Below, one piece after another: positions 1-14,732 of a DNA stretch of 64,000 nucleotides. The DNA is from the human T2T-CHM13v2.0 reference genome, Homo sapiens. How positions within the stretch are numbered: position 1 is the first letter of the stretch; each line of letters begins with the position of its first letter. The position numbers and the translations under genes were made by a program. The notes under the pieces were generated by a model, which did not search any database, was not told the DNA's origin, and was given only the letters and a program-made list of their open reading frames with translations. Location: assembly GCF_009914755.1 (NCBI RefSeq), contig NC_060930.1, one strand, 5' to 3'.

Positions 1-198
1 GATAGTCTCTAAGAGGCTTTCAGCTTATCATTTGAAGTATCCAGCATTACTAAGTAAACAGACCAAAAAAAAACGTGGATTCAGAGGAGAAATACAATTA
101 AATTTGGTAAAATAACATAATCCTTTGAAGTTGATCGTGTTTATGAGAGATATAACTTGCTAAACCAACTTATAGTGTTTCCACTTTAAAAACTTAGA

Positions 199-416
199 GC
201 AGTGGTCAGCAAACCGCACCCAGGGGCCAAATCAGCCCTCTCCTGTTTATAAGTAAAGTTGTATTGGAACACAGCCACACCATTCATTCACATATTGTCT
301 GATTCTGCCATCACCCCACAAGGCTGAGCTGTGGACTTGTGACAAGGACATTAGTGCTTATAAATGCAAATATACTGACCATATGATCCTTAATAGAAAA
401 GGCTTGCTGACTCCTA
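199..416. mobile_element. MER58A-like hAT-Charlie MITE
   Basis: CAGTGGTCAGCAAAC...GGGCCAAATC...TATTGGAACACAGCCAC...TTGCTGACTCCT resembles the MER58A consensus and its TIRs. Confidence 0.75.
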
Positions 417-499
417 TTGTGAGGACATGTTTTTGGAAAACAGGACTAAGGTGCATAGAAACAGTGACATAGCTAACGGTAGGTAGTTACATGGGAGTC

Positions 500-1210
500 T
501 TCAGAGCCTGGCTTCTCTCATTTAGCATAAAGGTTTTTGAGATTCATCCATGTTGTTGCATGTCTTAGTGGTTAAGTCCTTTTTATTGCTGAGTTATACC
601 TCTATTGAATGGACATATCGTATTTTGTTCATTCATTCCCAGTTAATGGACAATATTATTTTTAATAGCCAGTTTGGGCAATTATAAATAATTCTGCTTT
701 GAAGGTTTGCATACAAGTCCTACTGTAGCACCATATGTTTTCATTTTGCTTGTAGTACTATCTAGAAGCGGAGCTGATTAGTGGACTGCACAGTAAGTGT
801 ATGTTTAACTTTTCAAGAAACTGCAAACCTGTTTTCCCAAGCGGTTGTACCATTTCATATTCCCACCAACAATGTATGAGGGTACTCGTTTCTCCACATC
901 CTGGCCAATGTTTGCTAATGCCAATGTTTTAAAGTCCCAGCCATTCAAGCTGCTGTACAGTGAGGTCTCATGTCAACTACATCTATATTCCCCTCACTTC
1001 GAGCATTTTTCATGTGTTTGGTGATCAGTTGTATATCTCCTTTTGTGGACTGTCTGTTAAAATCACCTGCCCTTTGTATTAAATTGGGTTATCTTCTCAT
1101 TGTTATGCTGGAAGAGTTTTTATATATTAGATATAAGTATTTTGTCAGATACATGTTTTACAAATATTTTCTCCTAATCTGGTGCTTGCATTTTCATTTT
1201 CTTAATAGTC
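500..1210 (-). mobile_element. Old L1 (L1M) 3'-region fragment
   Basis: GAGATTCATCCATGTTGTTGCATG, CATTTCATATTCCCACCAACAATGTATGAG: antisense L1 ORF2 end/3' UTR motifs. Confidence 0.75.
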
Positions 1211-1699
1211 TGACTCATACATTTTTACATAAAGATTGGACATAAGGATGAGCAAATATATTTAATTTTTAAGTACTAAATGATGAGTTTGGACTTTTGG
1301 AAAAAAACTTTCAGTGTACCCTTAATTTATTGACAATATACATTACTAGAATATTCCTATGTTTTTATAGGAGTTGTGTATATTTGACATCAATTGATCA
1401 AATAACTGAATAAACTTCCTATTGCTTATGTTATTTGTCTCTTAAAGTAAACCACGAGTTGGAATTAACTAAACACTGCTGTCAAACTACTGTAAATATT
1501 ATTCTCTAACAGTCACAGCATCAATCCTGAGACTTTCCATTTCTAGCGATTTATTAAAATCAAATTACATAATTGGGTTTGCAACTCTCCAAAGAAAGTC
1601 AAAACAAAACAAAAAATCTTTATAAGCCTTCCTAATATCCATCTTTAATAATATCCAATAAAAGATGTAACTTATTTAGTTACTTTGGGTCAGGTAAAT

Positions 1700-1900
1700 T
1701 TTCCAGACCTTTCATGAATATTATCTGTGATCTTAAAACAACAGCAACAAAATTGGCATTATCATACTCATCTTAAAGATGAGGAAACTGAGGCTCAGAG
1801 AGATTAAGTAACTTATGCTAGGTCAGTTGAGAGCTAAGAAATGACAGAACCGTGCTTCAAAGCTAGACCTACTCATCTCAAAAGCATGCAAATTTCTTAC
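1700..1900 (-). mobile_element. MIR SINE
   Basis: MIR core GATGAGGAAACTGAGGCTCAGAGAGATTAAGTAACTT. Confidence 0.8.
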
Positions 1901-2262
1901 TATGTGTTGCAGCCTTTGAGCATATGATTTGACGGAGAACATGTTTGTTACAAAATCATGACACTATAATGGAAAAAAAATCCCACAGTAGCTCTATAAA
2001 TTAAAACTACCGCCTATCAGTTGTTTTTATAACATTCTAAACTCCTGTATCTAGATATCATGATACATTAGTGGATTAGAATCCATCATTTTATAAATAT
2101 CTGAATATACTGACTATTGATAGCAGAGTTGGTTCAGAGAAGAAAACTAAGGAAGAAAGAACTGAATTGGGACGTGGAGAACTCAGGCTCCACGGAAGAG
2201 GTTTCAGCTGAGTGGGACATCACAGAAGAAATCAATGGAGTGTCGACATCAGCTATTTCTTA

Positions 2263-2382
<120 letters not shown>

Positions 2383-4454
2383 CTAATTAAAATATGGACT
2401 CTGTAGAATAATTCAAAAATATTCCATTGTTAATAATATTGAATTAAAAGCACTGTTTTACTTAAATGCGTGTATTACTTTTACGTTTACATATTCTAAA
2501 TCACCTTATGAAGTACGTAAAAATAAAGCAGAAAACCATTACACAGTAATCACCTGAGAACCTTAAAATATTAACTCACAAACTGAGATCAAACAATCAA
2601 CTAGTATCCTCCTGCTCTGAACAATAATAATCCCTTCTATTTGCGAAGCACCTTATAATTTACAAGACGCTTCAACATAAATTTTTTTAGTGGATTCTCA
2701 ATGAGGTGTGAACGAAGGCCTATATGGGTTCAGTAATTTGCCAACATTCATAAAATATCAGTGGCACAAGGAACACTAGAATGCTGGTCTCTACCATCGT
2801 GCTTTCTACCACACATATAACCAAACTCACAGGTTACACGTGAGCTTGAGATATTATACAGAACTGAATTTTATGGTGTTTGCAATTCAAGCACTATACA
2901 GAAATAACGCAATGTACAACTTCTAGTATTTTTACCTAATTTGTTAAATTTTAAAATAATCAAAATACAAGGATTGTCTGTTTTTTATATCTAATATCAG
3001 TATTTTTCCTTTGCAAAAATATTTTCATACTTATATTTTTCTCATTACTATACCATCATCACACAGGCACTCATTTCAAAACTTCCTTAATTAACAAAGA
3101 TGTCTACAAGTCACAATATCTACATTTTACATAGTTCAAAAATAATTTCCATATTATTACATTGTCAACATTATAGGAAATCACCATTATTGAAATAAAG
3201 CTAGAGGACTATCAGAAAAACTCAAAAGATAGTTCACACAAAAGAGAATCTACTTAAAACACCAAAGAGTGAACCAAACACTGCATAAAACTCATGGTTG
3301 TCTTTTTCCTGGTTTTCTTGTGCTTTGAACAACATAAACACAATGAATTAGATTGCCATGAGCAAAGGGTATCAGAATCCATTTGATGATTTATGCTTCT
3401 TTGCGTTGGTCTGAGAGCAGTCTGAACTATAACTTTTGTTCATGCTCTCTGTGGTTTGCTATCTGTGGTCAATGGAAGCCATAATTAAGAAGCCGCCCTT
3501 ACATAAATGGCTGCCATTAACCAGTCATCTGAGAGTTACAGTAAATCACACTCTGTTTTTCTTACGCTTATAAACACAGGCTTTAAAGTTGTTATTTTCA
3601 AAATTAAATCAATGCCAACAGTGTTAGGAAACACTCAAATCTTCAGCAAGAGAAATGACTTATCTAAATGACTATATCCAGATGCTATACTGAGGTCTAA
3701 CAGCAACAACAAAAAAAACCAACAACAAACAGACAAAAAAATTTTAAAACCCAAGTACCAATATAGTGCCTATAAATCAGAGTTAATGGACATGGAATAC
3801 ACAGGAAGCGCTGAGGGGCAGACAGTGGTGGGGCCCCACGGTGAGGCACACCTTGAGTTTCCCTGACATCAGTCTCCTTTTATGATAGAACGCCCAAATA
3901 AACAGCAATCCTTAATTAAGAAGACACAGTGTTTTGCCAGAATGGTGTTATTACCAGAGAACTTTACGGTGTTATACAGAAGATGAGTTAAACGAGACAC
4001 ATACAGCAAAAGAAATGCAAATGTCTAAAATTATTTTCTCAGCTTCTGAATGTTAAGCTCGATTCTTAAACGTTTTGTCAGAGTGCTCCTTGTGTAGGTT
4101 TCCAGGTGCGATATGAGCAAGCCCCCATGCCTCCATCAACAAAATAAACTCCATTCTGTTCATTTAAGTGACAACGGCTGCCACTTAAAAAAACAAAGAC
4201 TTCAGTTTCAAGATGCAACACAGGTGTGCTATGTGATTGATTAAAACAGCTGGTCAGTCACAGAGTGTATTTAAGTCATCAAATATACCAGATCAATTTC
4301 TACTACTGTCTGGACTGCGAGACAGGCCACCGGTTGGGAAGAAGTAGGGGCCGAATTGCATAAGCACACCTTTTCTCTTGGACATGGGAAAACCTGCAGA
4401 TTCCAGGTGGAGTGTACCTTTACCTACCTGGGAGCACTAGAAAGTTTTTCCAAC

Positions 4455-4596
4455 ATGATTTCCAAAAGGACCGCCTCCGGAAGACGGCATTTCCAGGAGT
4501 GACGCTAAGGCTTCCTAGGCGCGGTTTCTCGGGCACTGCCTGCAATGTCATTCCCAGAAGTACTACCTTCAGGAGGCGGGTCCTGGTGGGAATGAT
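4455..4596. repeat. Imperfect inverted repeat (~140-nt fold-back), CpG-rich
   Basis: AGGACCGCCTCCGGAAG (4467-4483) pairs with CTTCAGGAGGCGGGTCCT (4567-4584); pairing extends inward and outward. Confidence 0.85.
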
Positions 4597-4702
4597 ATCA
4601 CAGTATGACAAGTATTGTCAGCATACCTGTGAATAGGCACAGAAAAATGGGTAACGGAACGCCTGCACATCTACCGTAAGAGGATAGGACATTCTACTTC
4701 TA

Positions 4703-4852
<150 letters not shown>

Positions 4853-5409
4853 CTAAAGACAAATGACAAAATAAGAGGAAGACAATGAGACATTCAAAGA
4901 ACTTGCAGGTAAACTTTATCATAAAATAAGTATTAATTTCAGCTGTCCTATACTCTAATTGGTTGGTATTAGCATTATAAGTAAATAAATATACAAGTAT
5001 ATAAATATTTCATATATATGATATAAAAGTCACTGTTACATGCTAATACTAACAGATCCCAACAGAATACACAGCGGATATGCATCCATACTGCTGTGCT
5101 GGAGGGAAGCATATCAGTCGTGTATTCTGACACCAACTGACACTTCTGTTTTAGTTGGTAAGCAGCTGCTGGCCTAACTTCCCAGTGCCCTTCTGCCATC
5201 CAAGGCCCTCTTCCAGAACCTCTCAGGCCTTCCCTGGTGCCTAGATCTGAGCCTCTGTCAGCACTACGACCACCACTCATTCTGATTAGTTGAAGTCTGT
5301 GATGCAGCAGGTGTAAAAGCTATGAAATATAACCTCTAAGGAGATACATGGCTTTCATATTTGCATTAGCTGAGTTTTATTTGATGTACTGTCTAATAAA
5401 AATTTGTAC

Positions 5410-5640
5410 AGATTATTAAGTGTTTACTATGTGCCAGGAACATTTATACAATTTATATGAATTGATTTGCCTGCTCCTCACAATAACAATATTAACGCAG
5501 GAAAATCTTTTCCCATTGTACGTATTAGGAAAATTGAGGCACTGAGAAGTAACTTGCCCCATTATTACATGAATAGTAAATGGTAGCAGTATTTGAACTG
5601 ATACTAGCTGTTCCCATGGCCCATGCTTTTATAACAAATA
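5410..5640 (-). mobile_element. MIR SINE
   Basis: TTACTATGTGCCAGG...GGAAAATTGAGGCACTGAGAAGTAACTTGCCC. Confidence 0.65.
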
Positions 5641-6227
5641 TGCTTTTCCATTTCTAAATGGAAACCATGTATTCATTTCATTACTCATTTGTTCTTCCAT
5701 TTCCTTCAACAAATATGTCTTCAATGCCTAACATATCCTACTGTCCTGAGTGGGTTGGGGCTACAGCTGCACCATTAATACAGTATTTACCTCTATTGAG
5801 AATTCTGGTAACTTCAACTATCCAGATCATAGCCATGAAATTATTCCTCGGAGAAAAAGAATTCATCCTTACAGTAAAACAGCCATCACAAAGTCTCTGC
5901 AAGAGGAACCTTGCAGCCAGGGCAAAATATAGCATCTCATATAAAATGTATAGATTTAATAGAAATAAGTCTAAGTTAGGTAACTGTCTTCATCCTATTA
6001 CACGTTTGTGCTCACTACTACTATAGAACTATTACACTATTACATGTTTGTACTCACTGCTACTATACACCAAACAAATACTGGCTGTGCCCACTACGCA
6101 GGGACTGAGTATACTGCCTAGTATCAGGACCTCTAGGTTACTTCTCACCTCCCTTAGCCTGTGAGCTACAGAAACAGCAGAAACCACTTCTCTTTTCCCA
6201 CAGTATTCCAAATGCTCAGAACAAGGC

Positions 6228-6445
6228 TGAGTTAGGGCCAGCGAAATTTTGTGGTCCAAACCCTGCTCCCTGCTTGTTAATGTAAATAACATTTTTATTG
6301 GGACATAGCCGCGTTCATTCATTTCTTTATTTTTATGGCTGCTACAACAGCAGAGTTGAGTAGCTGCAAGAGAGTATGGCCCACAAAGCATAACAATTTA
6401 CTATCTGGCCCTTTACAAAAAAAAGTTTGCCAACAAACCCCTGGC
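6228..6445. mobile_element. MER58A-like hAT-Charlie MITE
   Basis: CAACAGCAGAGTTGAGTAGCTGC...TTTACTATCTGGCCCTTTACAAAAAAAAGTTTGCCAAC. Confidence 0.8.
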
Positions 6446-6779
6446 TTAGAACATATAGGATCTCCATAACCCAAAACTCTCAATAAATATTTGAGGAAAA
6501 ATGAATGACATAAAGGCACAGCGAGAGTGATGGGGCTGAGTCGTTGGCAAATACAGAAGAATCACTCATCTAATTCACAAACCCATGAGATTTTAAATTA
6601 TTAAGTAACAAGAATGATCCTGCATTATTAAACATTAAATTATATTCAGTGAAATCTGTATCTGCAGTGTTTGAGGTAATGTCAGTTGCTTAATATTTTG
6701 GCATAAATATGTTAATATTTGTTTAAAATCTGGATCAAATGGACAATGTTTCAGAAAATAAAATAAGCTTAGAAAGTGC

Positions 6780-7830
<1,051 letters not shown>

Positions 7831-7855
7831 TTATAGGCAGTAAGAGGGCTTCTGT

Positions 7856-8150
7856 GGCTGGGTGCAGGGGCTCACGCTGTACTTCCAGCACCTTGGGAGG
7901 CCAAGCCCCTTGGACTGCTTGAGCTCAGGAGTTTGAGACCAGCTTGGGCAACATGGCAAAACCCTGTCTCTACTAAAAATACAAAAATTAGCTGCGCATG
8001 GTGGCATGCGTCTGTTGTCCCAGCTACTTTTGGAAGGCTGAGGTAGGAGGATGGCTTGAGCCAGGGAGGCAGAGGTTGCAGTGAGCAGAGATTGTGCCAC
8101 TGCACTCCAGCCAGGGTGACAGTGCCAGACCCTGTCTAAAGAAAGAAAAA
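7856..8150 (+). mobile_element. AluJ-type SINE
   Basis: Full dimer; TSD AAGAGGGCTTCTGT/AAGAGGCTTCTGT. Confidence 0.92.
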
Positions 8151-8334
8151 GAGGCTTCTGTTTTAAGATGAGCATTTCTAAACATATGTTCACCTTTTCA
8201 CTCTCCCCAAATATTAATGTTTAACTTTGAAATGACCCTCAGATGCTGAAAAGGAGTTAAAAATATCTAAAATTTTGGTAATATTTATAAAGTCCAAACA
8301 TCAGGTCAATCTAAAAGCCACCCCTACTCCCTTA

Positions 8335-8572
8335 TACACACACATACGCATACACACACACGCATACACACATACGCATACACACATACGCATATACACA
8401 CACAGGCATACACACACACATATGCATACACACATACGCATATACACACACAGGCATACACACACGCATACACACATACGCATACACACATATGCATACA
8501 CACATACGCATACACACATACGCATATACACACACAGGCATACACACATACGCATACACACCTATGCATACG
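8335..8572. repeat. Compound purine-pyrimidine minisatellite (units such as CATACACACATACG and CATATACACACACAGG)
   Basis: Directly visible; produces the H/T/Y and C/V/M low-complexity ORFs. Confidence 0.95.
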
Positions 8573-9129
8573 TTTACCTATAAGTGAAACAACACTCTTT
8601 ATAGCAACAGTAGATTTTAAATTCAGTTAAAATGTATCTTCAAATTTCTAAGGAAAACTTACTTTAAGCCTAAATGTATTTACCAAGTCAAACTAGCATA
8701 AAGGAAAATAAAGATATTTAAGAAGGGTACAGTACTCAGAAATGTACTATCTTTGAACTATTTTAGAAAAGGAGATGGGCTCAAGCAAAAATGAAGAAAT
8801 AGATAAATTCAAGGACACATGGGAAGACTCGGGGTTCAAGAAAAAGTGAGGAGCAAAGAAATCATTAAAACTATACTAAAACTGTAACACTTGTTAGTAA
8901 ATGATATCTAAGAAATTACAGGCATCATCATGAAAAATTAATTTAAGAAACATGAAATATATAAAAATATTTATATATCTAAAACTATGTAAGGGTAGTA
9001 GGTAAGAAGAGTAAAAAAAATTAGGAAACAAATGTGCTTCATTTATTATCTTGTTGGTGAAGTGAGTGATATGATATAAACACTGATTATTTATTGATTT
9101 TGATATAAAACTTCATTTTAAACATAAGA

Positions 9130-9355
9130 CGACAGCTGTCAGGGCTATTGCTGCCATCATGTAAAGAGAAATTGCTTGAGACTAAGGACTACACAAAAGT
9201 AAGTTGAACTGAGAAACAGAGAAAGACATATTCATGAAAAGATTATTTGAGCCCCCATGTCCGCTAATTATATAAGCCTGAACATTCAATGGCTTTTCAG
9301 CAGTCTGAGCCAGTAAATCCTCTCTTTTATTATCTCACACTAATTTGAGTTAAGT
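9130..9355 (+). mobile_element. Old MLT1-type MaLR LTR fragment
   Basis: ATTATTTGAGCCCC...TGAGCCAGTAAATCCTCTCTTTT...TTTGAGTT resembles the MLT1J/K 3' half. Confidence 0.5.
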
Positions 9356-9429
9356 AGTTGATGTTTTCAGATCAGAAAGGAAATATAAAGTACCTACAAA
9401 TTTATAAAAATTGATTTGAAAATCTAATT

Positions 9430-9615
9430 CATTGATTCCCAACCAGCAGCTGAGCCACCTGGCCGCAGGGCGTCTGGAAATGAGTGCAGGTATGTTTGTT
9501 GGTTACGAGTTCTCACAAGCTAAAGACGCTGCAGGTCTGCGGTGCCCAGGATAACACTGTGCCAGAGGGAACTGCTCTGCCTAAATGTCAGCATCAACCT
9601 ATTGAGAAGCACTGA
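9430..9615. mobile_element. MER20/Charlie-like DNA transposon relic
   Basis: TIR-like ends ATTGATTCCCAACC ... TTGAGAAGCACTG and internal CTGCCTAAATGTCA. Confidence 0.5.
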
Positions 9616-9660
9616 CCTAGATGAACTGATCACCTAGTAATTTAAGAATTACCCAGATTA

Positions 9661-9940
<280 letters not shown>

Positions 9941-10499
9941 TTACCCAGATTTGCTTGTCTGAAAATAATAAATCTTCCGTATTATAAAAAAGATCCTCAA
10001 AAAAGTCTAACCTCATTCCCCACTTGTTTCCTCTAATCCAGGGTTATCTTTTCAAAACACATATCTGATCTTGCACCTCTAGCTTACAAGCCTTAATTAA
10101 AAACTCCCTCCCAGGCCTGGGTGACTTGGCCCTTCCAGGACCTTTCTACACAGGAGCACACTGTTCCCCCATCCCCCAAAGTAGAACCCTCTTTCCTCTT
10201 TGCCTGTGTAACTTCCACACATCCACCAGACCAAAGTCACAGCATCAGGAAAGCTTGCCACAGCCTCCCCAGCTACGTTAGATCCCATCACAAGCTTTCA
10301 GGGCACTGTTATGCTCCTTAATAGGCCTGACTCTGACTAGTTTCATAGTTATGTTGATATTTGGCTCATGTCTGTCTCCCCACAGATTAGAACCTCAATG
10401 AGGACAGAGGCTGTGAAGGGTTTTGCTCACCATTTGATAACTCCAGTTACTATGTATTATAGGAATATAACAGATTCCCAAGAAACATTATAAAAGAAA

Positions 10500-11400
10500 A
10501 GGGTGAATGAAAACTTGAAGGATCCAATGTCATAGAAGAAATTGAAAAGAGAATCAGAGATCTACCCCAATAAGACTCTAATGGGGTCTTAGCTGATTTA
10601 TATCAAACATCAGGTGAACAAATAATATGTACATTATTTAAACCACTTTAGTCCATAGAAAAGAATGGAACATTTCTGAGCTCATTTTATAAGTGTAGCA
10701 TAACCCAATACCAGTACTATCCAAAGATAGAAAAAAAGAACCATTGAGCAATCCGATGTATGAATATAGATGCAAACTTGGAAATAAATATTAACAACCA
10801 ATCCAGGAATAAAGAAAATATTACAATTAAATAGCCTTTATACCAGGAATGTAAGAGTGGTTCAACATTGAGTAATAATACAATTGTCTACTCCAATCAT
10901 TTTGAAATAGCTTATAAAAATTTGATAATACCCAACACCAAATCAGATGCAAACTCACAGAAAATTAGGAATAGAAGGAAATGTTTTAAAATTGATAAAT
11001 TATATCTGTTGTGGACCCACAACAAATATACATAGCAATGAAATGTGAGAAGTACACACATCAAGGAAAATAAATATATTCTCCTGTTGATATCTGTTGT
11101 TTCCATTCAACAGTGTTCATTAGGTTCCAGCTAATACATTAACAAACACAAAGAAATAAGTACTGTAAAAACTGGAAAAGAAGAACCACTAGAATCTCTA
11201 CTATTGTGCATTATAAATCACTATCTTGAAAACTAAAGACTATAAACTGGAAAAATAAGTTAACTATGGGGGACCATAATCAATACATTCAGTCAACAAT
11301 TTTTTAAAAAAAACTGAAAATAAGAAAATGTCTTTGGCTAGGAAGACGCCATATGCTGAAGATATCAATTCAAGTTTTCTATAAATTTAGGACAATTCCA
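10500..11400 (+). mobile_element. Degraded L1 ORF2 fragment (older L1M)
   Basis: TCATTTTATAAGTGTAGCATAACCCAATACCA; ATACCAGGAATGTAAGAGTGGTTCAACATT. Confidence 0.65.
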
Positions 11401-11409
11401 ATATAAATT

Positions 11410-11843
11410 ACACACCATAATGAACTGAGATTCATCACAGGAGTGCAAGGTTACTTTAACATCCAAGAATCAATTGATGTAATATACACTATCAATAGAA
11501 TTCAAAATAAAAACCATATGATCATCTACACTGATGCACAAAAATTGACAAACTGTAACATACCTGCATGATAAAAACACGCAATAAAGTAGGAAAAAAG
11601 GGAATTTCCTCAACCTGATAAAGGCCCTCTATGAAAAACCCACAAAAAAATCATATTTAACGGCAAAAAACTAAATGCTTCTTCCTTGAGATCAGGAATG
11701 AGACAAGAAAGTCCACACTTTGCCACTTCTTTTCAGTATTGTGCTGTAGGTTCTAGCCAGGGTAATCATGCCAGAAAAAGAAAGAAAACACATCTGGATT
11801 AGAAAGTAGGGAGTAAAACTGTCTCTAATTATAGAAGGCATGA

Positions 11844-11884
<41 letters not shown>

Positions 11885-13752
11885 ATCCACTAAGAAACTA
11901 AGAAACTATTGGAACTAATATATGAGTTCATCAAGCTTGCAGGATACATAATCAAGGTATAAAAACCAATGTTGTTTCTACACATTTGCAGTATAAAATC
12001 AAAAAATAAAGAAAACAATTCCATTTATAATAGCATTAAAAAAATAGGAATAAATTGGCCAAAATAAAAGCAATACTTGTTCTCAAAAAACACAAAACAC
12101 CATTGAAAAAAATTAAGATCTAGATAAATGGAAAAATACCTCACGTTCGTGTATTAGAAGTCTTAATTGTGTTACAGTTGTTAAGATGGCAATACTTCAA
12201 ATTGCTCTACAGATTCAACATAATTCCTATCAGCATTCCACCTGATTTCTTTGTAGAAATTGACCTGCTACTTCTAAAATTTAAATGTATTTGTTAGGTA
12301 CCCAGAAGAGCTAAAAGAATCTTGAAAAGTTAGGGAACTCACACTTCTTAATTTCAAAACTTACTACAAAACCACAGTAATCAAGGAAGTGTACTGGCAT
12401 TACCACAGACATATAGAGCAACAGAACAGCATCCAGCGTCCAGAAAGAAAATGGCATTTTATGTTCAACTGATGTGCTGGGGAAAACTTGATAGCTACAT
12501 GGAAAAGAATGAAACTGGACCTTTACCAAACATCATATACAAAAGTTAACTCAAAACAGATCAAAGACCTAAATATAAGAGTTAAAAACCCTACAACTCT
12601 TAGAAGAAAATATCTGAGTAAATTCTCATGATCTCTAATTTGGCTTAGATATAAAACCAAAAGCATAAACAGCAAAAGAAAACAATAGCTAAATTGGATT
12701 TCATCAAAATTAAAATCTTTTGTGCCTCAAATGACACTATCAAGAAAGTGAAAAGGCAACCTACCAAAAAGGGAGAAAATATTAGCAAAGCAATTATGAG
12801 ACAAGGGAGTTACAGCTAGAATATATGAAGAACTCTTAACAAGTCAATAATAAAAATACGAAGAATTCAATTAAAAAGTGGTCTATGGCTCTGAATAGAC
12901 ATCTCCCCTAAGACAATATACATGCAGCCAATAAGCACATGAAAAGATACTCAACATCATTAGTCACTAGAGAAATACTAATCAAAACCACACTGAGATA
13001 GCACTTTACACCCACTATAATGAAAAAGTCAGATAATAGTAAGTGTTGGTGAGGATGTGGAGAAATCAGAACCCTTGTGCACAGCTGCTGGGAATGAAAA
13101 GTGGTGCAACTGCCATGGAAAGTTTGGCAGTTCCTCAAAAAGTGAAACATAGAACTACTACATGACCCAGCAATTCCACTCCTAGATATATACCCCAAAC
13201 AATGGAAAACAGGCATTCAAACAAAAACGTGTAGAGGCATGTCCACAGCAGCACTATTTACAAGAGCTAAGATATGGAAACAATGCAAATGTCTATCAAC
13301 TGATGAATGGATTTTTTAAAATCTGGTACGTATATCCACAAAATGGAATATTATTTGGTCATAAAAATGAATGAGGTACTGACCCATGCATAATATGTAT
13401 GATTTTGAAAACAGTATGCTAGGTGAAAGAAGCCAGGCACAAAACGCTACATATTATGTGATTCTTTTCAGATAAAATGCCCAGAATTGGTAAACCCATG
13501 GAGAAAGAACGTAGACAATGATTGCTTAGGGCTGGTGAGGCAAGTGGAAATAGGGGCGTAAGGAAGTGATAAGCTAAGGAGATGATAGCTAAAAGGGTAT
13601 CAAGTTGCTTTATGAGGTAATGAAAATGTTCTAAAATTGATTGATGATAGTTGCACATATCCGTGAATATAGTAAAAACCACTGAATCGCACACTTTAAA
13701 TGGATGAACTGTATAGTATGTAAATTACACTTCAATAAAGCTGTTTTTAAAA
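11410..13752 (+). mobile_element. 5'-truncated L1MB-type LINE (ORF2 3' half plus 3' UTR)
   Basis: GACCCAGCAATTCCACTCCTAGATATATACCCA; ends ATGTAAATTACACTTCAATAAAGCTGTTTTTAAAA; contains (TG)n at 11846-11875. Confidence 0.88.
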
Positions 13753-14732
13753 GAAAATATTAATAATACAAAGAACGAGCAGTAAGTGCTCCTTGTACCC
13801 CTAGCATAAGCTCAGTGTCAGTCTACATTATAACTTTATATTTTTCTTAAAGCTACTCACTGATTTACAAATTCCTTCAGTTGTTTCATAACAAGAGAAG
13901 TTATTTTAATGTACAATTATTTTATTTTTGTCTAGATAAAACCATAGAAATAACTTATCACATAAAGAATGTGCTGAAGTTAATAACCTATGTTATTCTC
14001 TAATTACCTTTAGTAAACTTCCTGTCTCTACAAGATGTTGCACAAAGCACACTTCATATTTGTCTTTTACTATGTTAAATAAAAAAAAAACTTATCAGTA
14101 TGCATCATAAAATCTCTAGATGAGAAAACTCTTTATTGCAGAAGAGTACTGTAGAAAGAACATTTATTAAAGCACATAACAGGGCACAAATGGTAACAAG
14201 AAGGCCTGGGCATGCATGGCATCCACCCATACATTCTGACAACTAGAAGCCACTTCTGAAAGAAGTCTCACTAGAGACCTAAAAGTACTCAGTAGCATAG
14301 GGAAATATGCCTATAACTCTACGTCATACAGCTTTAGGCTCAAAAGTGCCTGACAGCCATCTAGGAGAGAGGAATAATTAAGACTAGAACTAAGTAGAAT
14401 GAACTTGAAGATCAGGAAAAAATCAATCGAGAATTCCCCACATGTCCCATATGTAAGAGGTGTTTTGAAGAACATAAAAAGAAACCAAATGTCTTTTCTA
14501 AGTATAGCTCTCCATTAATAAAGAAAAGCTCTGAGATTTTTAAAAATGTTATTCAAACTTACTCCCCCAAAATTAACGCAAGTGACAAACAGATCAAGGT
14601 GAATTCCTAAGCCACCACATTTTCATAATATTGAAAGTGCCTGTGGATGAATAAGTTTAAATGTTATGCCATATATTAGCACCATGGGCCTAAGGGTTAA
14701 ACAGAATCATACTCAGAACAAAAACAACCTAC

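Noticed and set aside
8275-8583. His/Thr-rich and Cys/Val-rich ORFs on both strands
   Set aside because: Translations of the CA/TA minisatellite, not genes
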